From: Nemertoderma westbladi
Lineage: Eukaryota > Animalia > Xenacoelomorpha
DNA length: 64,000 nucleotides
Direction of reading: 5' to 3'
NCBI GenBank assembly: GCA_032718475.1
Contig: JAUCBJ010006975.1
Span: forward strand, 73,044-137,043
Shown in pieces: positions 63,581 through 64,000 of the stretch (within the stretch, counting starts at the first letter, position 1; every line of letters starts with the position of its first letter). The translations under genes were made by a program, and so were the position numbers. The notes under the pieces were generated by a model. It made no database searches. It worked only from the letters and a program-made list of their open reading frames with translations, and was not told the origin of the DNA.

Positions 63581-63737
63581 AATGTAATATAATTAATAAA
63601 TATTATAAATAGAATCATATAAAGCGCCATTTATAACTGTACATTTGGTAACCTGAATTATTAGGATCAAGAAATGCAACGCCGCCTTGCGTAGTGTACT
63701 GGAATTGGATTCTACATATAATACTTAATGTAAATAC

Positions 63738-63911
63738 CAGCCAATAGCTCTTCAGTTTCCCTCCAATAATTAACCAATAGGAAGGGATGTTGTTTTCTTG
63801 ATGATTCTGTGGTGGTACTATAGTAGTTGATTGCTATTGCTGGAGAAGTGTGTTCATTCACCTTGTTTTTATCGTAGCGAAAGTTTAAATGTCTGTCCAT
63901 GGAGTTTATTT
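63738..63911 (-). CDS. Candidate internal exon (174 bp, phase 1-1) of an unidentified gene
   Basis: Acceptor TTTATATTTACAG| and donor G|GTATTT. Open frame INSMDRHLNFRYDK...HPFLLVNYWRETEELLA. Length is divisible by 3. Confidence 0.35.
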
Positions 63912-64000
63912 CTGTAAATATAAATAATAGATAATTATGAAGCTTTTATGCTGCATTTCCGTTTCATACATTAATTAATTGTATTTTCTCTCTCGTTAGA

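Overview
Eukaryotic, AT-rich, repeat-dominated window, probably from an invertebrate animal (inferred from the transposon families). No intact host gene is visible. About 1-11.2 kb is a retrotransposon nest. A decayed BEL/Pao LTR element on the minus strand is interrupted by a young, 5'-truncated RTE-clade LINE with a perfect 135-bp target duplication. The BEL integrase is cut at 2665/2666 by what looks like the 3' end of a second LTR element, which carries an unrecognised accessory ORF. About 12-18 kb holds a TTG-derived minisatellite, MITE and RTE relics and an FBXL-like LRR pseudo-exon. A 72/73-bp satellite (about 100 copies) spans 17.9-25.2 kb. A 2.8-kb spacer follows, with foldback elements and an inverted pair of hammerhead-ribozyme-like (Penelope pLTR-like) motifs. 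A 52-bp satellite (about 640 copies) spans 28.0-61.6 kb, with layered variants including amplified TA-CAG-TA and TA-CA-TA insertions that match Tc1/mariner excision footprints. The last 2.4 kb holds an ARM-like pseudo-exon, a CR1-type LINE relic and one candidate exon. All calls were made by eye from motifs; no database search or alignment was run.
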